From NCBI GenBank assembly GCA_025594325.1, contig JANHCV010000004.1:620001-684000 (forward strand): a DNA stretch of 64,000 bases, in the 5' to 3' direction. The notes beneath the pieces are model-generated. The model searched no databases. It was not told the origin of the DNA and saw only the letters and a program-made list of their open reading frames with translations. The stretch is from Blastocladiella emersonii ATCC 22665 (taxonomy: Eukaryota; Fungi; Blastocladiomycota). This document shows, piece after piece, positions 48,244 through 59,893 of the stretch. The first letter of the stretch is position 1; the number at the start of each line of letters is the position of its first letter. The translations under genes were made by a program, and so were the position numbers.

Positions 48244-48541
48244 GGAGCCACTGGGGCTGTTAGCGTGCGTGATGGAGAGCGTGGAGGGAGAAGAGTCGTC
48301 GAGGGGCGGCGATGGGCGATGGGCCAACTGTTGACGGAGAGCTGAGCCGAGCCGAGTTTCAGCTCAAGCCACACGATCACGCGGCCATGAACGGCGCGCT
48401 AGCGCAAGCCACGACGCGTCCGTGCTCTCTCTCCCTCGATGCATTTTAACGGCAACCATAATCATTGTTATCTCCTGTTCTTTCAGCAACATCGATGGAC
48501 TTCCCGTCTGGACTATTCGTACTCAGTCAAGGCCCGCGGGT

Positions 48542-49948
48542 TCAGTACTTGATTTTGAATACGTCGAGCACATTCGTCTTCGCCTCCTCGAGGCCCTTGG
48601 CTTTGACGGCGGCAACAAGCGCTCCCTGAAGCCTGCGTGTAGGCGGGAAGATTCGTAACAGCGCGCATACGAGGTCGTACTCGCCGCCAGACATGCATGT
48701 ACGATGGACGACCAAACTGCGTTGCTGGAATCCACAAAGATAGGGACCAAATGGTGGAAACCATGCTCCACACAGCTGATGAGGCGTCGCACAAGGCGCA
48801 GCCGTAGTTCTTCGCCCATTTGTCCGACGACAGGGACGTCAAATCGGTCAAAAAGCTCGCAGAGCAGTTTACAGCCCGGTTTGCACCTGCTGCACGGGTA
48901 GTAGGCGAAACTCTGGTGCAACACGCGGTTGCAATCCCAGCCCTTGTCAACGAGCCAGTCAAGACATTTATGGACGTGTTCGAAATCACCAATGCAGCGA
49001 GGGCCGCGATGGTTCAGCGTGCACAGGAATACGTTGGTCACGCTTTCGTGCGACAGCCACGCCATGAATGTAGCGCGGTCGACGCCGTAACCACCGTCCA
49101 GGATTTCTCGAACCGCCTCGCGGTCCCACAGGACAAGAGCAGGAAAGGCGAGCGCCGTCGCGTAGGTGATTAACCTGCGCACGCTGCCAGCTGTGCCCTC
49201 GGCGTTGAACATGCGGTTAAGTTTGTTCAGGTGATCAAACACGACTTGGTCCTTGAAGAATCACAAGCGCGACCAAGGTCAAAAAAGTCGGCGCGATCGG
49301 TGAGAAGGCTTGGGGAAAGGGCGACAAGGTGGTCCAAGCATGCAATCATGAACTCGTGGTCACCCGTGTGCAAGAAAACGAAGGGCAGCATGAGTCCTTC
49401 AGGAATGGCACGAAACCCGAGCAAGCGGCGCGCCGTGTTCGAGTCAGTAGGAGCATTGAAGAAGAGAGTGAGTGCGTCAACGAGCGCAGCGGGAAGGAGC
49501 TGGTTGCGGCAATAAATGTACGTAATAATTGATTTTGAAAACGGGTGCGCGAAGTCGGCCGATTCGTTGGCGCGGTCGCAGTTGATAGACGGGACCAAGC
49601 CGACCATGCGCAGGGCGCCACGAAAGCGCAACCTAAGGTAGTGCGCGAAGGGCAACTGAAGCTGGCCGCGGCTGACGAGTAGAGTAGGTCGAGGTTTACC
49701 CCACAGTTGTTAGTACAAGCTTCCTCCAGCTGCATCGCAACGTACTGCTCGGAAATGGTTTTGATAACATCACGCGAGACCCAAGCGCGCTCAGCGTGCG
49801 GCACCAAGGCGACGGCGTCGCGCATGGCGCTCGAGGAAGCGACGACGATCGCGAGCGAGTTGGGGAGAGCAAGGACTTGCTCGAAAACGTCGAGCGGCAA
49901 GTCGAGCCCTTGTTTCGAGGGCCGATGGTCCCTTTGCATCAGCTCCGT
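48542..49948 (-). pseudogene. Array copy C: internally deleted, disrupted F-box-like family gene
   Basis: Start mutated to ACG (ACG GAG CTG ATG versus ATG AAG CTG ATG). LPLDVFEQVLAL. Frameshifts near 49665 and 49280, TGG>TGA in TWSRL*. Jumps from WSSIVHACL to the ...GLEEAKTNVLDVFKIKY* tail. Confidence 0.8.
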
Positions 49949-50369
49949 GGGGTTACAGGGACATCAATCGAGCGTCGAGAAGAGAGAGAGGGTGCATGGT
50001 TCGCTGGAATGTGGGGCTTGAGGCAAGACGGCGGCGGTTCAGGGCAAGTCACTCCGCGGGACGAGATATGCGTCTCTCGTCGCTATCGACCCTCAGTTGA
50101 TTTCGCCTAGATTTCTTTTGCATCAATAAAATGAACTCTATCCTAAGTAACATAAGTCACTTGCAAAGATTGAGCCAGCGAGAAATCGTTTGCGCTTGCC
50201 CATCAGTGTTCGGATCACTGCAGGCAAGGTGAGGGTAATTTCAAGCAGGAGGTACAGTTCAACGACAGCGAAAATGTTTAGAGGATGAAACTTATGTAAT
50301 ATATCAATTAATAACACGTGAGTTTGGCGTGCAATTGCAGCTCGACGAGAAGGCCCGCTCGCTGTTCAT

Positions 50370-52723
50370 TCAGTACTCGATCCCAAAGACGTCAAGCACC
50401 TGCGACTTGGCCTCCTCGAGCCCCTTGGCCTTGACCACGGCCACGAGGTCTGACTCGATTGTGTACGTTGGCGGGAAAATGCGCAGCAGCGCACGCGCAA
50501 GCTCGTAGTTGCCCTCGGAAAGCGCTACGAGTGTGAGCGAGTCGCTCATTGGCCTCGCGATACCAGCATTCAGCATGGTTGGATCGCTGGCCACCTCCAG
50601 GAGCGCGCGAACGACCCACGGGACGACAAACGCACTGGGAAACACGGTGCGCGCGACGAGAGCAGGCTTGTGCTTGGCAACCATCATGAAAAATTCGTAC
50701 GCGAAGCGCTGAGCGTGACCCGGCGCGGCCAATGGAGTGATTGAGAGGAGCCTTGGTAGAGTGAATGGTTCATGTCTGAATATCTCGCTGATTGTTCGTG
50801 GGTACCGTTCTAACAACTTGTCAAGGACGGCGAGCAAAGCGTTGCACTCGGTTACCTTGAGAGAATCAAGGTCCCCTCCAATTGCGTGAAGAAAATCCAA
50901 AGTCATCAAATTCACCAAACGTTTCTGGGTTTTGCCTGCATTGTTGGTCTTCCCTGCAAGGAGATCAAGGAGTTGGGTGAGCGAAATGGGCTCCGTGCCG
51001 CTTCCAAACTGCAAGCAGAGGTCAATAAGGATGCGGCACACTCGAGCATGGTCGACTTGATAGGCGTTTGCGCATTGCGCAGACATGTCGAGAGCCCGTT
51101 TGATGACATGACAAGGGTCAAGCTTCGACTTGGATCGAGAAAAGAGAAAGTCGGTTGCTATTTTACGCGTTACGTAGGAGCCCAGTTGAGTGTCGAAAAG
51201 TTCCTGGGGATCAGGAAGGTGGTCAAAGTGCGAGCACAGGTCGAACAGCGCTGCGAGCCCAGGGCCAGTTGGTTCAATGCTCAAGTTGTCGAGCGGGTAG
51301 ACTGGCACACACAGTGCACACACAGTGTTAGCTGCACTGAAGCCAGCGGAAACGATGCTCGCGAAACGGAAGCAAACGTACCGCCAGTCATAAAATCAGG
51401 AAGCTCGTGAGGAGGAACATACGCCTGTAGGCACCCAACCATGGGCAACAGAAGCTTGGAGTCATGGAGCAAACCACGGATAAGGGAGGACCAAGCATCC
51501 TTCCTGTCAATGAGACCAAGCTCAGCGAACAGCGGGATCAATTCGTGATAGCCTTGCTGAACGTAGTCAAGGGGGATGTACGGCTTATACGAATGTGACT
51601 CCTGATCCCTCTGTACAACCCTGGGCACCTCGAAGCGCTCAAAAAGAAGGCGGAAGAGTTGGTAACCGGATTGGCACTTGCAGCACGCATGGTAAGCAAC
51701 GCTCGGAGTGTACGGAGAGCCGTGAATCGAGCATTCGTCAAAGAGCCAAGCGAGAAGTGCTGGTATGTCATCCACGTCCCGATCAAATTCGGTACCGCAC
51801 GCAAAGTCGCCGTGGGAAATCGTTTCCAGGAAGATGGTGCTCACTTCAGGGCGTGAGAGCCAGGACATGAGCTCTGTGCGATCGATGCCGAAGCGTTGGT
51901 GGAGCAAACCTTGGACGGCCGCTCGGTCCCAAAGTGTCATGACTGCAAGAAAAAGTGCCATGATGTAAGTGACTAGAGTATCAGCTTCATAAAGCTGGGC
52001 TATCGCGACACGAGTGTCGTAATTTTCGGTGACCCACAAGCGAGACCACGTCCCAAGCGGAGCACGGTCAGTGAGCATTGAGGTTGGAAACAGGGCGATG
52101 AGGTGGTTCAAGCTCGCGAACATTGACTCGTGGTCGCTCGATTGCAGAAAATAGTAGGGCAGCAGGAGGCCCTCTGGTATCGCGCGGAAAGCAAACGAAC
52201 GAAACAGCGCATCGGAGCCGGCGGGGATATCGGCCAGAGGAGTGAAAGCCTCCACGACCGAAGCGGGCCAAGTCTGCTTGCGGCGATACATGTGCGCTAG
52301 AATTGCCGGCGAAAACGGGTGCGCGCGACGAGCGGCGGAGACGCTGGGACTGTTGCTCTCGGACCGTATCGCCATATGGATAAAGCCATTGGGTCCGACA
52401 AAGCGCAGCTTGAGGTGCCACATGAGAGGCATTCGAAGTTGACGGCTCTCGGGGTAATCGTAGCAGGCATCGAAGCCTTCCGAGTCGGGTTCATGCAAGT
52501 CTTGTCGAGCCGCGGTATAGTCATCAAGCGTGGTGCTTAAGATCTTACGAGCGACCCAGGTGCGCATGGCATCGGACCCAAAGACAGCCGCATCATGCAG
52601 AGAGCGCGACGAAGCGAGCACGGCCGAGCGCGGCGTAGCCAAAGCGACGACTTGCTCCAGCACGACTAGCGGCAAGCTGGGCCCCGGGGCAGATTGCAGC
52701 AAGTTATACTTCATCAGTTTCAT
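50370..52723 (-). CDS. Array copy D: apparently intact lineage-specific protein with F-box-like N-terminus (about 760 aa); intron about 51302..51377
   Basis: Open frame from MKLMKYN...SLPLVVLEQVVALA to FMTG|VYPLDN (GTACGT/GCTAAC/CCAG intron), ending at GLEEAKSQVLDVFGIEY*. Confidence 0.78.
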
Positions 52724-52875
52724 GGAGTTGCGAACACCAGGGACCAGAAGTGAAGGAGCCTGAACGTTCTCGTTTCGCGGCGGCGGCCAAGCCAAACGGT
52801 CGGTCAGGCGTGTCACGCTCACATGTGCTCCGCGACTCTCACAAGCTCAACCGGCCGCCTATTTACCACACAACT

Positions 52876-55173
52876 CTACTCGTCCTCGTCCTCGACCGCG
52901 ACAACCGCCATCCCCCCTCCGCCACCTCCTCCGCGCGTGCGCGCCGTACTTCCCGTCGCCGCGTCGCGCCACTGCGCAAGGCGGATCTCGGGCACGAGTC
53001 GCGGCCATCTGTCGACGACGGTCCGCGCGATCCGGTGCCACATCGTCGCTGCCCCGTTTCGGCTCGCCGCTGCGGCTGCGGCCGCATCGAGGACCTGCCC
53101 GACGGCGTCGCGCAGCCACGCGACTGACGGCGCGCGGGTGATATGGAACACGAGCGTGACGAGGACCGACGTCGCGACGGCGTTTGCGAGCTGGGTTTGC
53201 TCGTCGTCGCTCGCGGTATGCTCTTCCTCGCCGCCGTCCTCGTGCACCGCGATCGCCGAGGCGAGGGCTACGAGGTACGACCACGTCGCGGGCGTGATGT
53301 TGGCGAGGACGTCGCGGTGGATGGCACGCAGAACCGCGGCATTGACGTCTCGGCGCAGGGAGACGAGGTGCGGGAGGAGCGGTTCGATCGCGGCGAGCGG
53401 CGGGTGGCCCGCGGTGGCCGCCATCCCGAGGGCGAGGACGTCCGCGAGCGCGGGCGATTCCGCGAGGACGACGGCGAGCGGCGGGTCGATGACGACGGGC
53501 GCGAGGTACGGCACGGGCTGGACGGACGCGGGCGCGTCGACGACAACGGCGAGGTCGCGCAGGCGGCCGAGCAGGCGGACGACGGTGGCGGCAAGCGACC
53601 GGTACGCGGGGAGCAGCGGGAGGACCGCGTGGACGAGCATGACGACCATGCTCGGGTCGTGCAGCGCGGCGCCGGCGCGCGCGATCGCGGGGATCTCCCA
53701 CCCAACAAGCGCGACGCCGGAGTCGCTACCCGTCGTTGCGAGTGCCAGCACGCTGCACGCGGCCATGGCCATGCATAGGGTGTGGATCTCGGTGGGCGAC
53801 TCGTGCTGGGCGGCGAGGAACGCGGCGGCGGAGGTCGCGTAGTGGTGCCACGGCGGCTGCGTGAGCTGCGCGATCAGGCAGATGAGCCCGCACGTCATCT
53901 GGTCCGTGGTGCCGGCGGTCGCGGACGCCGTGGCCGTGGCGAGGAGCGAGGCGACCTCGTTGTCCCAGAAGTCGGCCGCCGGGTACCGGCGCAGGCCCGC
54001 GAGGAAGTAGACGTAGATCTCCTGCGGCAGGTGCGCCTTGAAGTAGTGCAGGATGCCGAGCTCGAGCGCGCTCGGCATGTACCCGGCCATGACCTCGGCC
54101 AGGTACCCGAGCTTGAGCTCGAGCATCGGCAGCTGCGTCAGCGGGAGCAGCGGGTCGAGCGCCTGCAGGATGTAGTCGCGCATCTGCGGCTGCGACGAGC
54201 ACAGGATCGGCGCGAGTTGCAGGAGGAGGTCCTTGGCGACTACATTGTCACGCGAGGTCAGGCCCGAAGCGAGATCGAGTAGCCGAGTCACGTACGCTGG
54301 AACGCGAGACAGTACGGCTCGAGCCGGAACGCGGTCCACAAGAACGAGAAGAAGTGAATGACGTTAGGCTTGCTGTCCGTCTTGAACGCGATCCCGAACT
54401 CGATCGCCTTGCGCTCCACCTTGCTGGCCAGCAGCTTTCGGTCGTACCGGTACGCCTCGCGGTTGACGGCGTTCCAGTCGCGGATCCCGCTCACCTCGAC
54501 AAACAGGTCCCACACCAGGATCTTGCTCGGCGGGATCGCCTCAAGGCTGAGCAGCGCCGCAGCCGCCGGCGTCGTGATGATCTTGTCGGTCGGCCCGCCG
54601 GTGCCAGATTGCAGCGCCTTGGTGTACGTGCGCAGCGAGAGACCCTCGCTGCCGCTGCCGCCCTCGGACGTGCTCGAGGCGCCGTGGCCGGCGTCGCCAA
54701 GCGCGCGCGGCGGCTTGTGCTGCAGACTACACATGTCCCATCGTCAGTCCCGCCCTATCCCAAACCCAGACCACAACGTACTTGCGCTGGTGCACATGCT
54801 CGTAGATCGTCATGAGGATCGCCTCGACGGCACCGGGCACCTCCTGGATCGTATTCACCACGCTCTCCTTGGCGACGACAATCTCCTTCTTCGCAAAGAT
54901 CTTCTCGAGGACCGCCCAGTTGCTGACACGACTACGCTTGCCCGTGCCCGTGTCGAGGCCGTGCAGGGGGACGTCGCGCGGGTAGTAACGCCACAGGATC
55001 TCGGCGACGAGGTACCCGTTCGACAGCGACCGCCGCGGGTTCTTGACCGGGTACGCGAGGTCCAGGCTGCCGAGCCATTTCAGCAGCTCGCGCGGCAGGG
55101 AGGCGGACGGCGCGGACGGGCCGGCGGCGCCTGGCGGGGTTGAGGTGGATGACGTTGCAGTGGGTGGTGCCAT
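52876..55173 (-). CDS. SPATA4: SPATA4/SPEF1-like axonemal CH-domain protein with alpha-helical (ARM-like) C-terminus; 2 introns
   Basis: LPRELLKWLGSLDLAYPVKNPRRSLSNGYLVAEILWRYYP...FAKK (CH_2/DUF1042). Splices near 54780..54724 and about 54350. Confidence 0.82.
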
Positions 55174-55340
55174 GGTTCGAGATGCGTTTACATTGTATTG
55201 CTAGAGTGAGCGGGAATGCGCAGATCGCGGCTCGGGCAGCAGAGTGACGCGCGCCGGCCGCGGGAGACATCGCTTCGCGAGACGCGTTCCGAAACGGCGT
55301 GACGCTCAGCTGACCTGCAAAGCCGAAATACATTCCCAAC

Positions 55341-56094
55341 TCACATGCCCGGCTTGTACGCATTGGTACTATCGAGCCCGACGATCGGCGCGTGGTCGGC
55401 GGGGTTGGCCGCGGCCTCGTACATGGTGATGATCGGGTCGCGGTTGAGCGGGGTGAAGTCGCCGCGCAGGCCGATGAACCGCAGGACCGACGTGTCGGCG
55501 CCGAAGTTGCGCGGGATGAAGAGCGTGAGCGAGCGCAGGGCGCCAAACTTGGTCAGCTTGGTCGGGTACTCGACCACGTCGCCCTCGCCCGACGCCTGGA
55601 TGTCGGCGGGCGCCACCAGGTCCCACGCCTGCGTCGGCTCGGTCGACTCGGCAGCGTCGAAGTCGATGCCGTCGACGTTGATGAAGCTGTGCACTCTTGT
55701 GAGTGAGTGCACAACGTGCAGTGGCGGGAGAGAGACAGACGTACGCGCGCATCTCAGCGGGCGCCGACTCATCAAGCGGCGCGCGCAGCGCAATGGCCTT
55801 GAGCTTGACCTGCCCCGTGAACGGGATGAAGATGATGAGCTGCTCGTCCGCGTCCGACTCGACAAACTTGGAGTCGTCGAGCCGCTGGTCCCACGGGCGG
55901 AACACGGACTTGGCGGCGCCCTCGACGCTCTCGTTGAGCGCGCGCACGCGGTCCACGTCCACGTACTGCCACAACGAGTACTCGGCGCCGCGGTCGGGCC
56001 CGTCGTGGTCGTGGCCGTCGTGCCCGCCGCCGCTGTGGTCGTGGTCGTGCGCCTCGTGCCCGCACCCGTTATGGTGATGGTGATGGTGGCTCAT
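55341..56094 (-). CDS. PITHD1: PITH domain-containing protein (PITHD1-like) with His-rich N-terminus; one intron
   Basis: YSLWQYVDVDRVRALNES, ESDADEQLIIFIPFTGQVKLKAI, FINVDGIDFD, LTLFIPRNFG and ITMYEAAANPADH. Confidence 0.93.
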
Positions 56095-56177
56095 GGTCGG
56101 CTACGCGTGCGTGTATTGCACCGAGTCAGCAGGCGGAGGAGGCAGTATACATGGCTAACGGGTCGTACATTGAGTCG

Positions 56178-57774
56178 TCAAGATCGCAGAGACTTTCGCG
56201 CCGCACATGTCGGGTCTCCACCTCCCCCGCCACCCTCACCCTCGACATCGACCCCGAACCGCTCCGCGACCCGCGCGAGCTCCGCCCAGAGGATCCCGCG
56301 CAGCCGTCCATCGAACGCTAACAGAATGATCGGGTCGGAGATGGGCGCGAACCCGGCGAGCAGGCACACGACGGTATCAATCGCCGCGGGCGCGCGCCGG
56401 TCCGTCGAGAAGTTGTACAACAGCTGCGTCAGCAGCGGCACCCAGTTGAGCGTGAACGCGAACAGCGTGATGACGCCGCGCATCAGCACCCGCTCGTCCG
56501 CCGTCACGCGCGCCAGGGCGAGCCCGTGGTGCGTGTCGTTGCGAGAGCGGCTGCGGCTGCGCCGGCCTAGCGTGAACAGGCGCGAGGTGCGCGGTTTGCT
56601 GGTTCGCCGCGGGGACGTGGCGGTAGCGGCGGCGGGGGCGGGGGTGATGGGCGCGACGGTCGCGGTCGACGGGTCCGCGGCCGGCGTCCCCACCGCGGGC
56701 TCGGACGGCGGCGGCGATGGCGAGTGCGGGTGCAGCGCGAGCGAGTTGAGCGACGACGACAGCGTCGCGGTCGTCGACAGGCTCGGGCTCGACGTGCGCC
56801 ACTGCAGCGACGTGGACACAGACACGGACCAGCGGCCGCCACCGCCGCGGCGCGACGCCGAAGCCGAGACGTCGGCGGCGGACGCTGACGAGGCCGAGTT
56901 GAGTTCCGAGGTAGACGAGACCGCGACGCCCGACCGCACGATGGTGCGGCTGCCGGCGACGTCGGGCAGCGGGGCCGGGGTGTCGTCGGCGGCGAAGGCC
57001 AGCGTCATCGAGTTGGTGGTGCCCGACTGCGCGCCCCACGTGTCGGACTCGATGCGCTCGAGCTCGCGGCGCGTCGCGCGGAGCTTGCGCGAGATGAACA
57101 GGAAGACGCCTACACTTGGCGAGGGTGAGCCGGGGCCACGAGACACGCACGATAGACGTACCGAACGTCAACCAGATGTTGAGGTTGAGCGCGACAATGT
57201 TGACGAGTCCCGTCCACTGAAGCACAGGGATCGCGTGGATGTAATTGGGGAAGCAGTACAGCCCCGTGGTCGAGATAACAGGCCGGATCCCGAGGGCGAT
57301 GGGCGCGAGCGCGCACGCGGCGCTGATGACGACGGCGTTGGCGACGCCCATCCACGCCATCCTCTGGGAGAGCGGTTTCTGCAACAAGACCGCCGAGTAC
57401 CGCTCGAGCGAGAGGTTGAGCAGGAGGCAGACGTTGAGCGAGATGCAGAACTGGTTGACGACGCTCTCGAATCGGCACAGGCCCTCAGACCGGCCGCGGC
57501 CCGCGACGAGGCTGTGTGCGTGCATCGCGGCGACGAACACGCCAAACAGGATGTTCCCTGCGCAGATCGAGATGGCGATGGTGTTGGCGGGCGTGCGCGT
57601 GAAGCTCGGGACGCGCGTGGCCGTGGCGACGGCGACGCCGTTGAGGGACACATTGACGATGGCCAGGCCGAAGGACACTGTCGCGGGCCAGACCGGGGTC
57701 CCTGGATCGAACGCGAACGGGTCCCAGGTCCCGCGGTTCTGCCATGCGACGAGATCGTCGTGATCGGGATCCAT
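56178..57774 (-). CDS. Class A (rhodopsin-like, opsin-like) 7TM GPCR; intron 57110..57161
   Basis: TM1 N (VSLNG), TM3 LCRFES...SLERY, ECL2 STTGLYCFP, long Ser/Pro ICL3, TM6 FTLNWVP and TM7 LLAGFAPISDPII. Confidence 0.88.
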
Positions 57775-58101
57775 GGTTAGGTTAGGTGCTTGTGGAGGAG
57801 GGAGGGAGAAAGGAGAGGGCTGGGTGTGTCGAGGCGCGCGGATACGCGTCGCGCCACTCGCGGGGGCTTCGGCGGCCTTGCGCGCGGGAGACGTTTCTCT
57901 GCCGCGCTCTGCCCAACGTGAGACGGGGTTCCGTGTAAATAAACGAGCGATGGCATTTACAATTGGATCGAGGGGGAGCGGCAATCAGAGTAGGCGGGAG
58001 AGAGCGACAAAACGGCGGGGAAAATGTTCAAAAAGGAGGAGAGATCTCGTTACACACACTCGCACGACACCCACGATCACGACCGACGGAAGACCGAAGA
58101 C

Positions 58102-59193
58102 TTAGGCGGTCCAGGGGGCCGCGCCGCCAGCCGTGCCCTCGGCCTCGTCCTCGACGCGTGGGGGCTTGGCCATGGCGACCTGGACCGTGACGGGCTTGCC
58201 GCCAAAGTCGGCGCCCTGGAGCTCGGCGACGGCGCGGGCCTGCTCGGCGGCCGACTCGAGCTCGACAAACGCGAAGCGGCGCTTGCCGTCGCGCTTGGAG
58301 ATGATGTAGGCCTTGACGACCGAGAAGCCCTTGGCCGTGAAGGCCGCCGCGAGCGCCGCGTCGTCGACCGACTCGCCGAGGTTGGCCACGTACACGGTGG
58401 TCGGCATCGGCGTGCCCTCCTTGGTGATGTCGACGATGCGCTTGGCGCGGGGCGCGCGCGGCTCGCGCGGCGCAGCGGACTCGCCGTTGCCGTTGGCGGC
58501 GGAGCCGGCGGGGCGCTTGTTGCGCTGGCGCTTGGGCTTCGCGGAGCCGGCAGCGGGGGCGGCGGCGCCCTCGGCACCCTCGGCGGCAGCAACGGGCGAG
58601 CGGCGCTGGTTGCGCTGGCGGGGAGCAGCGGCGGCATCAGCGGGGGCGTCGCCCTCAGCGCGGGGCTGGCGGGGCGCGCGCGGGGCACGGGGCTTCGGGG
58701 CGGCCTTCTCGGCGCCCTCCTCGCCGGCCTCGCCCTCGTGGCGCGGGGCGCGTCGGGGGCGCTCGGCGGCAGCGGGCTTCGGGATCACGGCCTGGACCGC
58801 GATCTGGCGGTCGCCCATGGTGGTGCCGTCGAACTGGGCGACGGCCTTGGCGACCGAGGCCGCGTCGGCGAAGATGACGAAGCCGAACCCGACGTGGCGG
58901 CCGGCCTTGCGCACGACGAGGGCGCGCTCGATGGTGCCGGCGGGCGCAAAGTGCGTCGTCAGGTCCTCCTCGAGCACCGTGAACGGGATGTTGCCGACAA
59001 ACGCCTTGCGCGACTCCTCGGCGGGGTCGCGCGGCTCGCGCTGCGCGTTCTTGCGCGGGGCACGCTTGCGCGGCGCCTTCTCGCCGTTGGTGGCGGCGGC
59101 GGCGGCGGCGGGCGCGGCGGTCGCGGCGAGGACGGGGCTCTTGGGCGCGGCGGCGGTGGCGACGGGGGACTTGGGGCGGGCAACGTCGGTCAT
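58102..59193 (-). CDS. RNA-binding protein with two RRM domains
   Basis: RNP2/RNP1 pairs AFVGNIPF/VGFGFVIF and VYVANL/RRFAFVEL, linked by Arg/Pro/Ala repeats. Confidence 0.9.
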   Translation of the reverse strand: MTDVARPKSPVATAAAPKSPVLAATAAPAAAAAATNGEKAPRKRAPRKNAQREPRDPAEESRKAFVGNIPFTVLEEDLTTHFAPAGTIERALVVRKAGRHVGFGFVIFADAASVAKAVAQFDGTTMGDRQIAVQAVIPKPAAAERPRRAPRHEGEAGEEGAEKAAPKPRAPRAPRQPRAEGDAPADAAAAPRQRNQRRSPVAAAEGAEGAAAPAAGSAKPKRQRNKRPAGSAANGNGESAAPREPRAPRAKRIVDITKEGTPMPTTVYVANLGESVDDAALAAAFTAKGFSVVKAYIISKRDGKRRFAFVELESAAEQARAVAELQGADFGGKPVTVQVAMAKPPRVEDEAEGTAGGAAPWTA

Positions 59194-59893
59194 GGTGCGA
59201 GGTGGGAGGCTACAGCGCGACGCGAGGACAAACGTTAGCTTGTGAAAAGCGCGCGGTGGGGGCGACGGCACAGCTCGTCGTTCGGTCGGTTGTAGAGAGA
59301 AGGTGGCAGGAGGCCGAGTTCCCAGGGGCGCCGTGGGCGACCTGATCCTCTATGTCCGCAGCGTGTATGCATGTACGACGCGCCGCCCAAGCGTCGCCAC
59401 GGAGCCGAAACGCTGCTAGACGACTCGCGGCGGCCGCCTCGACGCGTGGGGCCAAGGGACAGCCGCAGGGCGTCGCGGTCGCCGAGGCGCGCATACACAC
59501 GCTTCGCCGCGCGGGCTGGCCGACGAGCTGGGCTGACGTGTCGAGCTGATCGGTAGTAGGTTACATACGAGGGTCGGAAGTGTGGGGGGTGCAGACTCGG
59601 GGGGCAGTGAGAAGGCACAGAGCAGGGCAGGAGAAGCGGGCGGCCGCGGCGACGGCGGACGACCGGGCGGGCGACGAGCTGACCGCGTCACTTGGCCGGC
59701 GAGAAAAAAAAAGGGGAAAAAAACGTTAGCTTCTTAAATCGCCCAGTGTGGCGCGACGGGCGTGGCGGGCGCGACACGCGACTGTGCGTCGAGGCGTTCC
59801 CACCGCCGCCTGCTCCGCCACCGTCTCGTCCCTCTCCTCCTCTCTGCATTTCCTCTTGCTGTAACGCACAACTACCCGTAATTCCATGCAACG

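Noticed and set aside
45261-52723. Possibility that the repeated array is a transposon or LTR cluster
   Set aside because: No RT, integrase, transposase or tyrosine-recombinase motifs, terminal repeats or TSDs were seen. The repeats correspond to protein-coding paralogues with a shared intron.
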